Origin: Blasia pusilla
Lineage: Eukaryota
Length of the DNA stretch: 64,000 nt
Assembly: GCA_050084515.1 (NCBI GenBank)
Contig: CM114271.1
Coordinates: 47,616,001-47,680,000, forward strand
Direction: 5' to 3'
Positions 11,000 to 23,850 of the stretch are shown in pieces. Position numbers and translations under genes: made by a program. Below the pieces are notes generated by a model that did not search any database, was not told the DNA's origin, and saw only the letters and a program-made list of their open reading frames with translations. Each line of letters starts with the position of its first letter. Position 1 is the first letter of the stretch.

Positions 11000-13905
11000 T
11001 AGAAGTTGGAAAGTTCTCTTATAGAAAAAACCATTGATGGTTTATCTAATATCATTGAGAAGTTTGTGTTACAAGTAAAATCCCTTTTGATGGATGAAAT
11101 TACTCTACAATTGACAATGACAAACTCAGAGGTGCTCCAATGCTAAAATCAAATTTGTAATGCTAGGAATTTCTATGTGCTTAGATTCCCTTTGATCTTT
11201 GCTCCAAGAAGTTTAGAGAGACAATCCTTCATCAATCTTGAATTCTTTTCCAATACCAAAGGTGAGTTGTCATTGTGGATATCAATACAAAACTTCCTTT
11301 ATCACTCTATTGAATTTGGTTATCGATTGTTTTAGAAGGCATTAATTTGAGTTTTATTTTGGTTACTAGCTTTGCATACTTGGAAGACAATCTTGTGGTT
11401 CTATTCTGTCATAGAGAAATTTGGATAACATTATAGCAAGCATTCCATTAAATTCTACTATATTTTCATGATATTTTCTCTCATATCCTCTTCATGGTGT
11501 TCTAAGTCTATATTGAAAGACACCAACATATGCACTATCCACAATATGATTTCATATCAAAGCAACATATCCTCCTAGGTGATGTTTGCAATCAATCCTT
11601 ATTATGTTTAAAGAACATAGGGCCTTATTTTCCAATGATCCCTGATCGGCAAGCACATGAATCTAGTAAAGATAATTGCATGATAACTTCCCTTATATAT
11701 CTTGGGGGAAGTTGGAATAATTTCCATTATATACCATAATAGATCCAAAAAAATCTTGTGATGAGTTGGATTCAAATAGCCAACCTCTTATATTTTGGGT
11801 AAATTCGAGGATCTTTCTAAAATATAGTCCTTATTGTATTTGAAAAAAAGAACTGATGCCGTGAAAACCAATCCCAAGACTACCAAGCACATGGATTTGC
11901 TAAAGGTCATTGGTGAATTCCTTCTCTACATACATTAGGGGAAGTTGAAATGCTTTCCATTTAGCACCATATAGATAAAAAAAAAACATGTATTGGATTG
12001 CATCTTGATTTTCCACCTCTTATGTTGTTCTTTAAATTAGAGACTCTAAAATGCCATGTTCTGAAGCATCAATTTTATCAAACACATCAAATCCTTCCCT
12101 CAAATACATTATGGAGACTTGGAAACATCTAGATTTCTAACAAGTAACTCGACAAATATATTGCTATGGAAGCACTTGTACCTTCAAGTTGGATTCCCTT
12201 CCATTTCTATCCATTCAACCATGGCACAAATGAAAAAAATAAACCCCATTAGTCATGATAATCACATTTGCTCTTTTAATAAATATTAGTGCGTAACAAG
12301 AGAATGGCTTCCATCCAATAACCTTTGGGAAGGCCAAAATGCTTTCCATTTTTAACGAATCGGAATGAAGATTCAGTATTTTATTCCATCGTAATGTATT
12401 CCCAATTTAAAAAGCATCTATTGATATTCTATAGAACCCTCACTATAACACCATAGTTATTTTTAAGGAAATAACTATCACATGAGAAAATCGATTGATT
12501 TTATAATCCCTTTGTACGGCTCTAGACTATTTGTTCGCTGGGCTACAGAAAAGGTGGAATGCTTTCTATTGGCTTCTAAATGACTACCACTTCATGTTGT
12601 GGTATTTGACAAAATTATAGCCTTAAAAATTTTCAATACTCTAAGTCATTTATCCAAGGAATCGTATGACATACCTAGCATGTGATCCATCTACTACGAA
12701 TAAGCATAATGTGTGAATATTAATTTTTAGAATCCCTTCATATTGTATTTAAACAACTCCTTCCAAAGTTGTCATATCATGGCATTGGAGTTTTTTCCAT
12801 TTTCTTCTAAATACGTCTTTAATGCACGAGGATCCAACTCATCAAGATTCTTACAAATAGAAATGAAAATTGAAATAAATCTATAAAACTCAACAATGAA
12901 ATCAATTTTCATTTCTCATAGATTTTTAGGAATAGTAACCAACCTTTCTCCAATTGATGTCGAACGTACTATCCATGCTCAAAACACTATTATATCCATA
13001 TTTCACCATCAATTGCACTTGTCAAATACTTTGGAATTCCAATATGAAAGGTTTGGTATCATTTAAATAAGGCTCATAAATAAAAAAACTTCTTTAGATA
13101 TAAGTTTACAAATGTCCTCAAAGATCCATTTTCATCTATACAAAACCTAAAAGTCTCCATTTTTAACGTCTTCTTTGCATTTGCATGAAATCATCCCTTG
13201 TCATGATTTTCTCAAAGTCACGAGAGATTTCAAATCACATTTTAAGCATCAACCCATGCTCGCACATAATCTGGTGGGGCTTTACCTCAAGTCCAAGTCT
13301 CTCTTTTATGAGTCTCTCGCGGATATGTCTATGTCCACATACTTATGTTAGGCCTATGGATGGACATGTCCGTGCCAGCTCGAGTATCCCCAGTCCGCAC
13401 CTGATCCCGCTAGATAGATTTGAGTTGACAAAGCCCACACCCATTGTGTGGCCTCTAACCAGGCCCACAGCCCAAGCTTGGCCCCCATTGGGCAGGCTCA
13501 GGCCCGCATAGGGCCCGCATGGCGGTCCGGCCGAGGGCCAAGCCCCCCATGTGGGTCTGGTTGCGGTCTCCCATCACTGGGTCTACGCGGCGGGCTCTAA
13601 TCAAGCCCTAGTAGGTTCGGATGCGGGTTGCGCTCGGGTGCGGGCCGGGCATGTCCGTCCCATGGACGAACTTGTTCGTTTTCGTGCAACCTTGTCTTTG
13701 ATATAATATCTTAACTCCTTTGAGATTCTAGAAACAGATATTTTTGGAATGTCCAAACTTTTTGGGTCATTAATGCCATGGTATGGCTTCCCATCCTTGT
13801 CAATGTGTAATCTTTCTTTGTAAAAAATCTTGGCCATATGCATTGGAGCCTTCAATTCAGAGACAAAAAAGTGATCATGCCATAGCATTGCAAATAGCTA
13901 AGGCT
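11000..13905 (-). mobile_element. Heavily decayed Mutator-like (MULE) transposase relic
   Basis: HFFVSELKAPMHMAKIFYKERLHIDKDGKPYHG (same N-terminal motif as the 44750-46230 relic) and a KYGYNSVF..MDSTFDIN-like first catalytic Asp at ~12955-13010. The lower boundary is approximate. Confidence 0.5.
13349..13672. mobile_element. MITE-like GC-rich insertion in the MULE relic
   Basis: GC-rich island with many GCCCGC/GCGGG motifs and imperfect terminal inverted repeats (TATGGATGGACATGTCC vs reverse complement CATGGGACGGACATGCC). It interrupts the MULE reading frame. No clear TSD. Confidence 0.4.
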
Positions 13906-14309
13906 ATGATGCCCACACTACCGGGGACCTAGGAAGTGATTCATGATCGTGGCTCCAAAGAGAACAGACCTTGGTGTGACCCACCAAAGTTGCAACCTAG
14001 ACTAACTAGTTGAGCGACTAGGAAAGGCGGCGGAACCAGTTGCGAGACTAACGATAGGCAAGACGCACATGTGTCTTGTAACTTGTCTTAGAGGTGAGAA
14101 AGGGGTGCAGCTACTTGAGGGGACCAAGCCAAGGCAAGCAAGGTTTGAGACCTTGGAGCAAGGAGTGAAGTCAAGGGCTAGAAGCAAGAACACATGAGTA
14201 GGCAAGATGGGTGAGACACCATGAGACTAGTCATGAAACGCAAAGGGTGGCAAGACAACCATTACATGCCAAATGAGGAGTCAAGATGGGAGAGATGCCA
14301 TGAGACTAG

Positions 14310-15738
14310 TGGAATGTATAAGATTTTCAATTTTATAGTCGTTTACTGAGTTGGATCCCCAAGAGGATCATTGTTTGATGAAAAGAGAGTTTCAAATTAC
14401 AATTTTGTTGTAATAGTTGTATTTAGGTGTGAATAATTTATATTCAATGTCTTAACAATATCTTTGGATCTTTCTTAGTACCAAGGTTTCTTTTCTCAAT
14501 TCTCTCTAGTGGAGTTGACAACACGCTCAGGTAGATTTCCTCTCGACATCAAGAAACCTCACAGAGATCTCAACAAGAAAGCTGGCTTCTCCTACCATCG
14601 AAACTCAATTCGTCTCGGCATGCTACTCTTTGTCAAACAGATTTCCTACAACTCCATGTTGATTATTCCATTGATGAGAAAGGTTCACCTGATTCACTCT
14701 TCACTCTGTAGACCCAAAAAGAATACATAAGCATTGCACATCAAAATGAAGGAATGAGTACTTTACTACTCCATCAAGAACGAGAAAGCTTCAAAGTGTT
14801 ATACAAGCTCGAGAGGGTACTACTCCCTTGCTCGGACCATTCCTACAGCATGAGGACTTCGTAAGAGAATGATGATGATAGCTATTTGCATGTTTCTTAA
14901 ATACTCACTGAAGTAGGAGTGATCCAAAGATTCAATTGAATCTTTGAAGAATTACATCTTTTTATTCAAAGAAGACTTGTAAATACACTATGATTTTGAT
15001 ATTATTATTATTATATATTATTATGGAGAAGAATGAGTAAGATTAAAGTGAATCACGAAGCTCCAAGGACAAGGCGAATTGAAGGTGTTCTTGATGAAGA
15101 TGGTGTCTCTTCAACATTTGTAACTACCTAGATCTATGGTGCTCTTCTCTTTTCCTAAGATTCCTATGAATCCGCAGAACAAATCTGTCTTAACTACCTA
15201 CCTGATACAAAGAGTTGCGCCTTTTCCTAGTCTAACTGTTCTAACTACGTGTCGCTTGAAATCACTATCAGTCTTAGGTTTGCTTCGCTGCTAAGTTTGG
15301 ACTTCTTTTGCTTCGCTTAAGGACGAAGCTCTTTCTCCTAGTCTGAAGACGAAGCGCTTCATTCTTTATTCTTGTTCCAGGGGCTTCGTTCTTCGTGCTT
15401 CGATTAAGAGCGAAGTACTTCTTTCCCTTCTTCTTCTTCATGCTTCGTTTAAGAGCAAAGCACTTCATACAGAAGTTCTTCACAGACCTTTGTTGTCTTT
15501 TCGAAGCTTCTTGCTGGGTCTTAAGACTTTGTTTCTGTATTTTCCTCTCCTCTAAGGCAAATCCTTGATTATCTACCTCTCCGCCTTGTCCTTGGAGCTT
15601 CGTGATTCACTTTAATCTTACTCATTCTTCTCCATAATAATATATAATAATAATAATATCAAAATCATAGTATATTTACAAGTCTTCTTTGAATAAAAAG
15701 ATGTAATTCTTCAAAAGTACAAAATTGTGGGTATCACA
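14310..15738. mobile_element. Solo LTR (same family as 56710-57910)
   Basis: TG...CA (ends AAAATTGTGGGTATCACA) with 5-bp TSD ACTAG (14305-14309 / 15739-15743). Colinear with 56710-57910. Splits a ~79-bp tandem unit that resumes after the TSD. Confidence 0.9.
14943..15715. repeat. 134-bp near-perfect inverted repeat inside the solo LTR (arms 14943-15076 and 15582-15715)
   Basis: Arms are reverse complements with one visible mismatch. The left arm is absent from the 56710-57910 copy. Confidence 0.9.
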
Positions 15739-18069
15739 ACTAGTCACAAAACACAAAGGGCAGCAAGACAACTATTAGACACCAAACGAGAAGTCAAGAT
15801 GGGCATTAGCCAATCGACACATGAAAGGAAACTCCAAGATATATTTGGGAGCTGAGATTTGCATAAGTTGCAAGAAGCCTCCACCAAGCCATCTTGATGG
15901 ATAAGCAGTCAAACGTTGGACCGCGGGCTGCGCGAACCATTTTTGGATTGAGGGCCAAAATCAAGGGTCCAAGGGGAGCAATGGGATAGGTGGGAATCCC
16001 AAAAGTTCCTATGAGAGGGGGAGAGGGGGAGCTCTCCCTCTAGTCAAGCCCTTGAAACATGAACTAACCATGATGCATGTTTGGTTGTGTTTCAAGTTTG
16101 AGGCAAGGGACTCACCTTGGGGAATTAATCGATGCGCTTTGGTTCAAGCAAGTGACTTGGGGACAATGCTCAAGGCTTTGGGAAGAGGCTTCATATGTGA
16201 AGATTTTTTGTCATATGGCCAATGATGGAAGTGATCTTAATATGTGGATCATCCTAAAGGCAAGCAAGAGAGGTCTTGATGCAAATAATTATAGCTAGTC
16301 AAACGTGTGTGAGATAGCCACTATTTTACCTAGTGATGGAAGTGAATATGTTGATCATTGTGACATCATTGTATGACTTCATGGATGAGGAGTAAGGCAT
16401 ATATTGGACCTTAATGAAGGATGCATTCCATTACACTTTGTTCACTTATTTATCTATGGTGAAGTAGGTTGACATCTTGGAATACCATTCCTCCAATGTG
16501 CTACGACGCCTCAACCTCAAAGAAGTGTTAAAACATGGGGATATGGAAGACACTCAATTTTTTGATGATTGCAATGAGGAAAGAGTTGATGAAGATATAA
16601 TTGGGGAGAGGAGGACCAAGTGTATTACAACCTTGTGATTTTCAAGCTTTTAAGTGCATACAAGGTAGGGGGGGAAGATGAAAATTGACTACTTTGATTA
16701 GGTCAACTTACTCAAGAATATATGGTTGACGTCTATGCCACCGTGGAGATGCAACGATTACTATGGGTGTACTTGAATTAGAAGGAGTTGAGGGCTGATC
16801 TATATCAAAGTGTAAAGGATGCCATGTATTGTCATGATGCAGATAGCACAAGGTTTGGGAGACGTATTATATTACCCTCTTCTTTTATTAAAGGGTTGCA
16901 TCATATGCATCAATTATATCAAGATGTAATGGAAATTGTGAGGCACTTGGGAAAGTTTGATTTCTTTTTTACTATGACTTGCAATCCTGAATGGGAGGAG
17001 ATTATATTAGCATTATTATATAGTCAGTCAATTGCGGATCGACCACATTTTGGTTGCACACGTCTTTGAGAAGAAGGAAATTTTATGACTTAAAATCAAC
17101 AAGCAAATATTGGGGCGAGTTGTAGGGTACACTCATGCGGTAGAATTCCAAAAGAGGGGTCTTCCGAATGTGCAAGTTTATACTATTTTAGGTCATGAGG
17201 ATAGATTGCGTAATACTTTTGATTATGACCAAAAAAATTTCAGTTGAAATCCTGGATTAATGAACCCACCCAAGGCTTTATTTTATAGTTGAAAATTGCA
17301 TGATGTATGGTCCATGTGGAGCTTTGAATCCAAATGCACAATGAATGGCTAAGGAAACTAGAAAGTGTATGAAAGGCTATCCTAAAGCATTTGCAATTAA
17401 CACTATAAACACAAAAGATGGTTTTCCAATCTATGGCAGGTATTATTCCCCCTATCCTCAACTTACCAGTATTCCTTCTATAACATGTGATATGATGTAT
17501 TCATTAATTGCTATTGCATTTGGAGAATGGTAGGGCAGTACTTAAGCGCAAAAATTCATTGGATAATCGTTGAGTAGTACCCTATAATCCTATGGTGTGC
17601 ACCCTTCTTGATTATCATATTCATTCGAAGATTATAAATAGTATTACGGTTGTGAAGTACTTATACAAATATGTATGTAAGTAATCTGATGTTGTGTCAT
17701 TTAAGTTGGCGAAAAAATACAGATACATCTGTGCCAATGGACATTATTGATGAGACAACCCTATATCTTGATGCGAGGTATGTTGTTGCGAAATAAATTC
17801 TCACTTGCATTACTTATTAAATTTCCAATATCAATATTGATTCATATATTTTACTTATAAGAAAGATAATATCTACTATTTACTTGGATTTGGAGATATC
17901 CAATTGTTATTCCACATCTATACCTTCTTCTAGGGCACGTTGGCGGCTCTTCAAGTTTAATTTACATCTAGGAAATCCAAGTATTGTACGATTAGTAATT
18001 CACCTTACGGAGCAACAAATACTATACTTCAATGATGGTGATGCCCCTCATGATATTTTGCTATCACTT

Positions 18070-18506
18070 TGACGACATAGAGAGTCAGCGGACTGTTCAG
18101 GTGCAACTTTGTCCCAAGATGTCGGATGAGGTTGGCAACAGGCCTCTTGTGTCGGGAACGTCGTTTGTGGCGACTTTCCTAATTTGGTTTTAGTCCGTCA
18201 GGTGGCCCGTTGACCGGGTCAACAATCATCCGATAACCTGTGCACGTAGGTTACCGTTGGTAGGTATTTTTGGGGGAAGAGCTTTTTGGCTCTTCCCAAG
18301 GGTATAAGAGTGAGAGAAATGGCTTTCTCAAGCCATCTTTCTCATGTTGAGCCTTAGGAGCGCCTCTCTTGCATAGACGTGTGTGGGTGGGTAGGAGTTA
18401 GGGTGCTAGCATCCCAATTCCCTCATAACAGAGGGTGGATGTGGTTTGATATGCCGATGTACATTCATGAGTGGAGTTTTAGGCAAGGTGAGCCATTTTT
18501 ACTACT
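18070..18506 (+). repeat. Long direct repeat A1 (LTR-like)
   Basis: High identity with 23362-23783. Begins TGACGACATAGAGAG and contains a TATA-like GTATAAG. Confidence 0.9.
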
Positions 18507-21500
18507 CTTTTACATGAAAAAGATGTCAAGAGGCAGGTGGGAATTCGTTGTTTGCAGGTAGGCAAGCGAGTTTCCTCGGTGGGGAGCTCTTGGAGATGCA
18601 AGTGTCGCATTTGTTTGTCATTTTTTTTTAGGTTTGGGAGGCCGTGCGCGGAAGCGCTGCTCATTTTCTCCTAATTTTTGGGGTAACGGATTGGAGTAGA
18701 GCAGCAGCAGAGTGGCAGACAGGGTGCTCCAACGTTGACGGGAGAATGGCGAATCTAAGGAGAGAGAGAAAAGACATTAGGAAGTGCAGCTGGCTGGAGG
18801 AGGTCGGCTAGGCTAGGTCACAATTTAGGGCAAGATATTTAGGTTAGGGGCGCGGCTGAGGTTTCGTACAGTTGCGGGTGGAACTACGGAAGCTGGTAGT
18901 AAGCACGGGGAGTCCGCAAAGTTGAGGGTAAGGAGGCGTCGACCTAATGCAGGAGGTGCGGAGATTGGGGTGCAGAGTGCGTGGACGAGAGTTCAGAGGC
19001 CATAGGGGGTAAGGAAAGCCATTAAGACTAGGTGACGTACATACGTACATGCCTTCTAACGTATGTACCATTAAGGGCGGGTGCAAGGCCGCATAGCGCG
19101 GAGCGCCCGAGTGTAGTGGGGCTAGGGAGAAAAGGACAAGAAAGGAGGAGGGCACGGGCCAAGGCCTTCCCCATCATCCCATTTAAGTCTGGGCAGGGGC
19201 AGGAGCCATTATGGCTCCAAGACAATAGGAAGGAGTAAGGGCGGGCTCATAGGGAGCTGCACCGCGCAAGCAGAGTTGGGAGGTCAGCCTTTGGGGCTAG
19301 GTAAGAGCGATGAGAGGGCTAGGGCCGCACGCTAGGGGGCGCCGCACCGGGCCAGGAAGGAGGAAGGAACAAAGGTGGGAGCAAGGGCTGGCCGCATAGG
19401 GGCGTGCCGGGACCAAGGACATAGGGAGCTGTATAGAGCAACGCGCCAACAAGCCAAGTTATGGCCATGGACGGGGCAGTCGGAGTTGGAGAAGGAGATG
19501 GGTTGGGAGTGGCTTGGATGGTGTACGGGTTGAACGTGGTAGGGCAGTCCGACATGGTACCACAGTTGACGGGAGTGACGTGGTAAAGTGGGCTGTGGTC
19601 GGTAGGGAAGACGTGGTTGGGGTCGAACGTGGTCGAGTTGGGTTACGTAGTGGAGAGTTTTTTGAGACTTGGTGTCTCGCGAGCATGGATGGGATTGGGA
19701 GTTTGTCGGTCATTGCTAGTCGATTGGGGGCCGACTTGGTAGATCTTCACCGATTGTGGGTGCAAGGGTTGTGATTGAGACACACATGCCGATGTTGATG
19801 AGAGGTTCGACGTGATGGTCAAGGAGAGTGTTGTGTTGGGGAGGTTGCCGTACCTCATATAGGAGTCAATGTTGACGGTGGAGTAGATTGAGGATGGGCG
19901 TGATCAGGTTATCCATTCAAGTCCCTTTTCCCGCACTTATCTTGTGTGATTGAGAGTGCTGGGTATCAGATAGTTGTTGGTGTTAGATGGGTGTAGCGAT
20001 GGTGACGAGTGTAGTCTCAATGCATGTGTAGCATGTTTGTGGATATATGGCGGTTGCCAAGTAGGGGTCGTGTGTATGATCCGAGAGTATGTTTATGACT
20101 TAGGTGAGTTAGTTGGGAGGCTCATGGTGAGCCCGAGTGTTGAGTGTGCGTAAGGCCGGGTGTGTCCTCACGGGATTACCATTAGCGTAGGTGAGCTAGT
20201 GAGGAGTGTGGGAGACTCTCGTTGAGTTTGAGTGCTTGAGCGAATGAGACAGGGTTGTCATCACGGGGTTCTTCCAGAGTTTGAAAGAACGGGGTAGTAC
20301 GAGTAGTGGTAGTGGAGTGACACAGAATGGTGTGAGGTATCGAGGGGTTTAGGGAGTGAGGAACCATCCAGAATCCCATCCGTGGATGGATCGTCATCAC
20401 TAGATAGTGGATCCGATAACGAGATCGTAGATAGGGACAGTGACAGGTGGAGAGAGATGGATGACATGGGCCACCGGGGTATGGGTCGTTTCTTGGGTGC
20501 GATAGGCACCATAGATTTAGATGATTTCATCCAGGAATTTGACACGTGGTGCAACTTCCAGGAGATACAGACCCCTATGCAGTTCAACCCTTTTATGGCA
20601 TGGAAGGGGTTGTTCCAACACTTGGAGGGTCCGCCCATGGATGATTACATGGAGTTCTGATCTCTATACTCTATAGGGATCGATGCTTGGATGATGTATT
20701 GGGCTCGAGGGTATGTGTTCACTGGTGGCCGCGAGGCGTATGATGGGATAGTGAGGGCGGAGAGACCTTCACCATCACCTCGGGGACTAGATGGAGAGGA
20801 TGACAGTGAGAGTGGTGAGGTGGCAAAGACCTCTCGTGGTAGAGGACCACCGAGTTTCAATCCTATAGTGGAGTTCTTTCGACAGTTGGGGAGGAGCTAC
20901 CAGCTGGGCGTGCGGATTGACAAGCTAAAGAGTCTACAGGATTTTCAGCAGAGATCGGGTGAGAGTTTGAAGGAGGCGTTCTTGCACATGCGACGGTTGA
21001 TCATTGCCACATATGGAATGACCAAGGCACAGTCACTGCAATATTGATACGGGGTGCTGGATGAGGAGCTACGGAGGAGAGTTCAGGATGCGATGTTGCT
21101 TCACACGGCGAAGCCCACCTTGAATCAGATCTTTGAGTTGTGTGAGCGGGTAGAGGTCAACATGAGTGAGGAGTGGGTGGTGATCACCATTTTTTTTGGG
21201 ATTCGACGCATCGACAAATAGAGTAGACCCACAGGTATCCCAACATACATCAATACCACGGAAGCGGGCCGGTGGGCCCAGAGAGCAGGGTGGGTATTGT
21301 GAGCCGATGAAGCAACGGCCCGTACCGACATATATTTCCCAGCAGGGACCAAGGTTGGCTTGTTGGATGTGTGGTGGGTCACATAGGCAGAGAGACTGCC
21401 CACAACATGGGAGAGGGCCACGGGCGCCTCCGATTGCTCAAGAACCAGAAAGGATGTCCCCACCAAAGTTGCAATGTGATCATTGTCACCGATATGGTCA

Positions 21501-23361
21501 CACTAGAGATAGGTGTTATGATCTTTGCCGGGAGGTACATCTTGAGGTAGGCAGAAGTCGGGGGCGAGAGAGTTGGTGGAGATCGAGGAGTTGATGATCG
21601 TGGTGGTAGAGTTCCACCACCAGTCAGGGGAGATGGAGGACGTGCACCTGATGCAATGCTCCTCACTCGCATCGATCAGTTGGAGTAGTGGATTGCTGCC
21701 ATGACGATGATGCAGCTAGTGATAGGCACAAAGCCGAGAGTAGCTAGTGTGACTCTAGCCTCCACGTCATATCAGGATACAGGGGACGGGGTTGAGGTTT
21801 ATGTGTAGTGCGGCTGAGGTTGAGGCTGCTGCCATGGTGACTCCGTGTGCTGTGAGAGTAATCAAGCCATCGAGAGGTGGGGTTGAGATTAACCCACAGG
21901 AGGGGACCAATGAGTGACACGCCAGGGTTCCCCTGTCGTTCACATTGTCGGAGGCACTTCATACACCGTCGATGGTGCCTCGACGACCGGTAGTACCCAT
22001 GGGTGGGACAAGTGCGTCGACGTCATGAGGAGTTGGAGAGACGACTCCTATGCCAACGTGGGAGGAACCAGTGTCGACCATGTTGTTGGAGGTGGCCACT
22101 AGGGTGAGGGTGATTCCATTTTTTTTGCCATGGAGTTGGCGACATTGGGAGTTGGACCAACGGAGGTGTTCTGGCTGGCCGCCACGTTGTGTGAGCATGG
22201 AGAGGTGACTGCCTCTCATTCAAAGATAGTTGAGAAGGTGGTGGACTTGCCCTCAGAGTAGGTGCTCAAGACGTCTCCCATTGAGTCATGGCATGCGACG
22301 ACGGCGAAGTTGGTAGATATGCCAGCTAGGCCAGCGATAAAGCGAGCCATGATCATACCAGGTGTGGTGTTGTTGGATAACGGAGCTGGAGTGTTTTGCT
22401 TGGTTAGTCCCACAGGTACGGTGTACCACCCGTAGCGCGTCCTACATGTCAAGAGCGCAACTCTTGATGTTAGGGAAAGTGGTGTGTTTGGCGTTGGGTT
22501 TACGAAAAGGCGACATTGAGCATTGTCCCTTTCAGATACAAACCTCTATTGGGGGCGTCTCAACCACGCAGTACATGACTCGACAGGAGTTTGTGGTTAG
22601 ACTCCAGCCAGAGCATGAGTTGGGTAGTGTGATGGTGCGCACTTGGGTGATTACGACACCGGCAAAGTCATACAATGTGATGGTAGGGAGTACAGTGTTG
22701 TATCCCCTTGGTTTCATCCTAGATTTTTGGGAGGAGACGGTTTCTTATCGTCTAGGGTAGCAATCAGGTGATGGATGCATGAGTCATCTACCGGTGTTGT
22801 TTGCAAGAAGTAGTGGTGGCCGACCACATGAGGATATGGTGACCACGTTGGCAGCATTCACAAGTGGTGTTCACTGATCAGGAGGGTTCGGGAAGAGGAG
22901 CACACATGCGGAGGACATTCCCGTAGCGGATGGTTCCACGAAGAGACATGCGAGGGTGGGTGTCTCTTCCCATGGTGCAGAGCTTCTTTATGGTTGTTGG
23001 GGTCAAAGGTTGAGATGCGTGGACTGCAAAAAAGCTTCTGAGGCATGTGTGGAGCAGTGTCTATGTTTGGAGCAAGGTACGAGAGTGTTAGATCTCTTCG
23101 GAGGGATCAACACGGTGGGTTGCTGCAGTGTGGAAGTGTTACGGGGATGACGACACCGATGGTGCTAGATGTGTACAGGATAGGAGATCTTGTTGGGTAC
23201 ATATGTGTGGGCTATTTGGAGTTAGAGGGACCCAAAAAGATCGATGTTGTGTGGTGTGCAGATGTGACCAACGATATGGGTACAATGGTTACATCTTATT
23301 TTGACGCGATGTGGATAGAGTGGTCACATCTTATTTTGACGTAGGTAGAGTTCTATCGCGT

Positions 23362-23783
23362 CGACGACATAGAGAGTCAGCGGACTGTCAGGTGCAACTT
23401 CGTCTCGAGATGTCGGATGAGGTTGGCGACAAGTCTATTATGTCGGGAACATCGTTTATGGCGATTTTCCTATTTTGGTTTTAGTCCGTCAGGTGACCCG
23501 TTGACCGGGTCAACAATCACCCGATAACATGTGCATGCAGGTTGCCGTTGGTAGGGCTATTTTTGGTTCTTCCCAAGGGTATAAGAGTGAGAGAGATGGC
23601 TTTCTCAAGCCATCTTTCAAATGTTGAGCCTTAGGAGCAGCTCTCTTGCATAGACGTGTGTGAGTGTGTAGAAGTTAGGGTGCTAGCGTCCGGATTCTCT
23701 TATTGCACAGGGTGGATGTGGTTCGATATGCCGATATAGATTCATGAGTGGAGTTTTAGGCCGGGTGAGCCATTTTTACTACA
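23362..23783 (+). repeat. Long direct repeat A2 (LTR-like)
   Basis: Copy of 18070-18506, ending CATTTTTACTACA. Confidence 0.9.
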
Positions 23784-23816
23784 CTTGATTTAGTTGTGGG
23801 GTCTCGATGTATATGT

Positions 23817-23819
<3 letters not shown>

Positions 23820-23847
<28 letters not shown>
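23820..23847. repeat. (TA)n microsatellite
   Basis: About 14 perfect TA units. Confidence 0.95.

Positions 23848-23850
<3 letters not shown>

Noticed and set aside
13905-16330. LTR-like sequence with ~79-bp tandem units around the first solo LTR
   Set aside because: Probably TE-derived, but no termini, TSD or coding motifs could be fixed.
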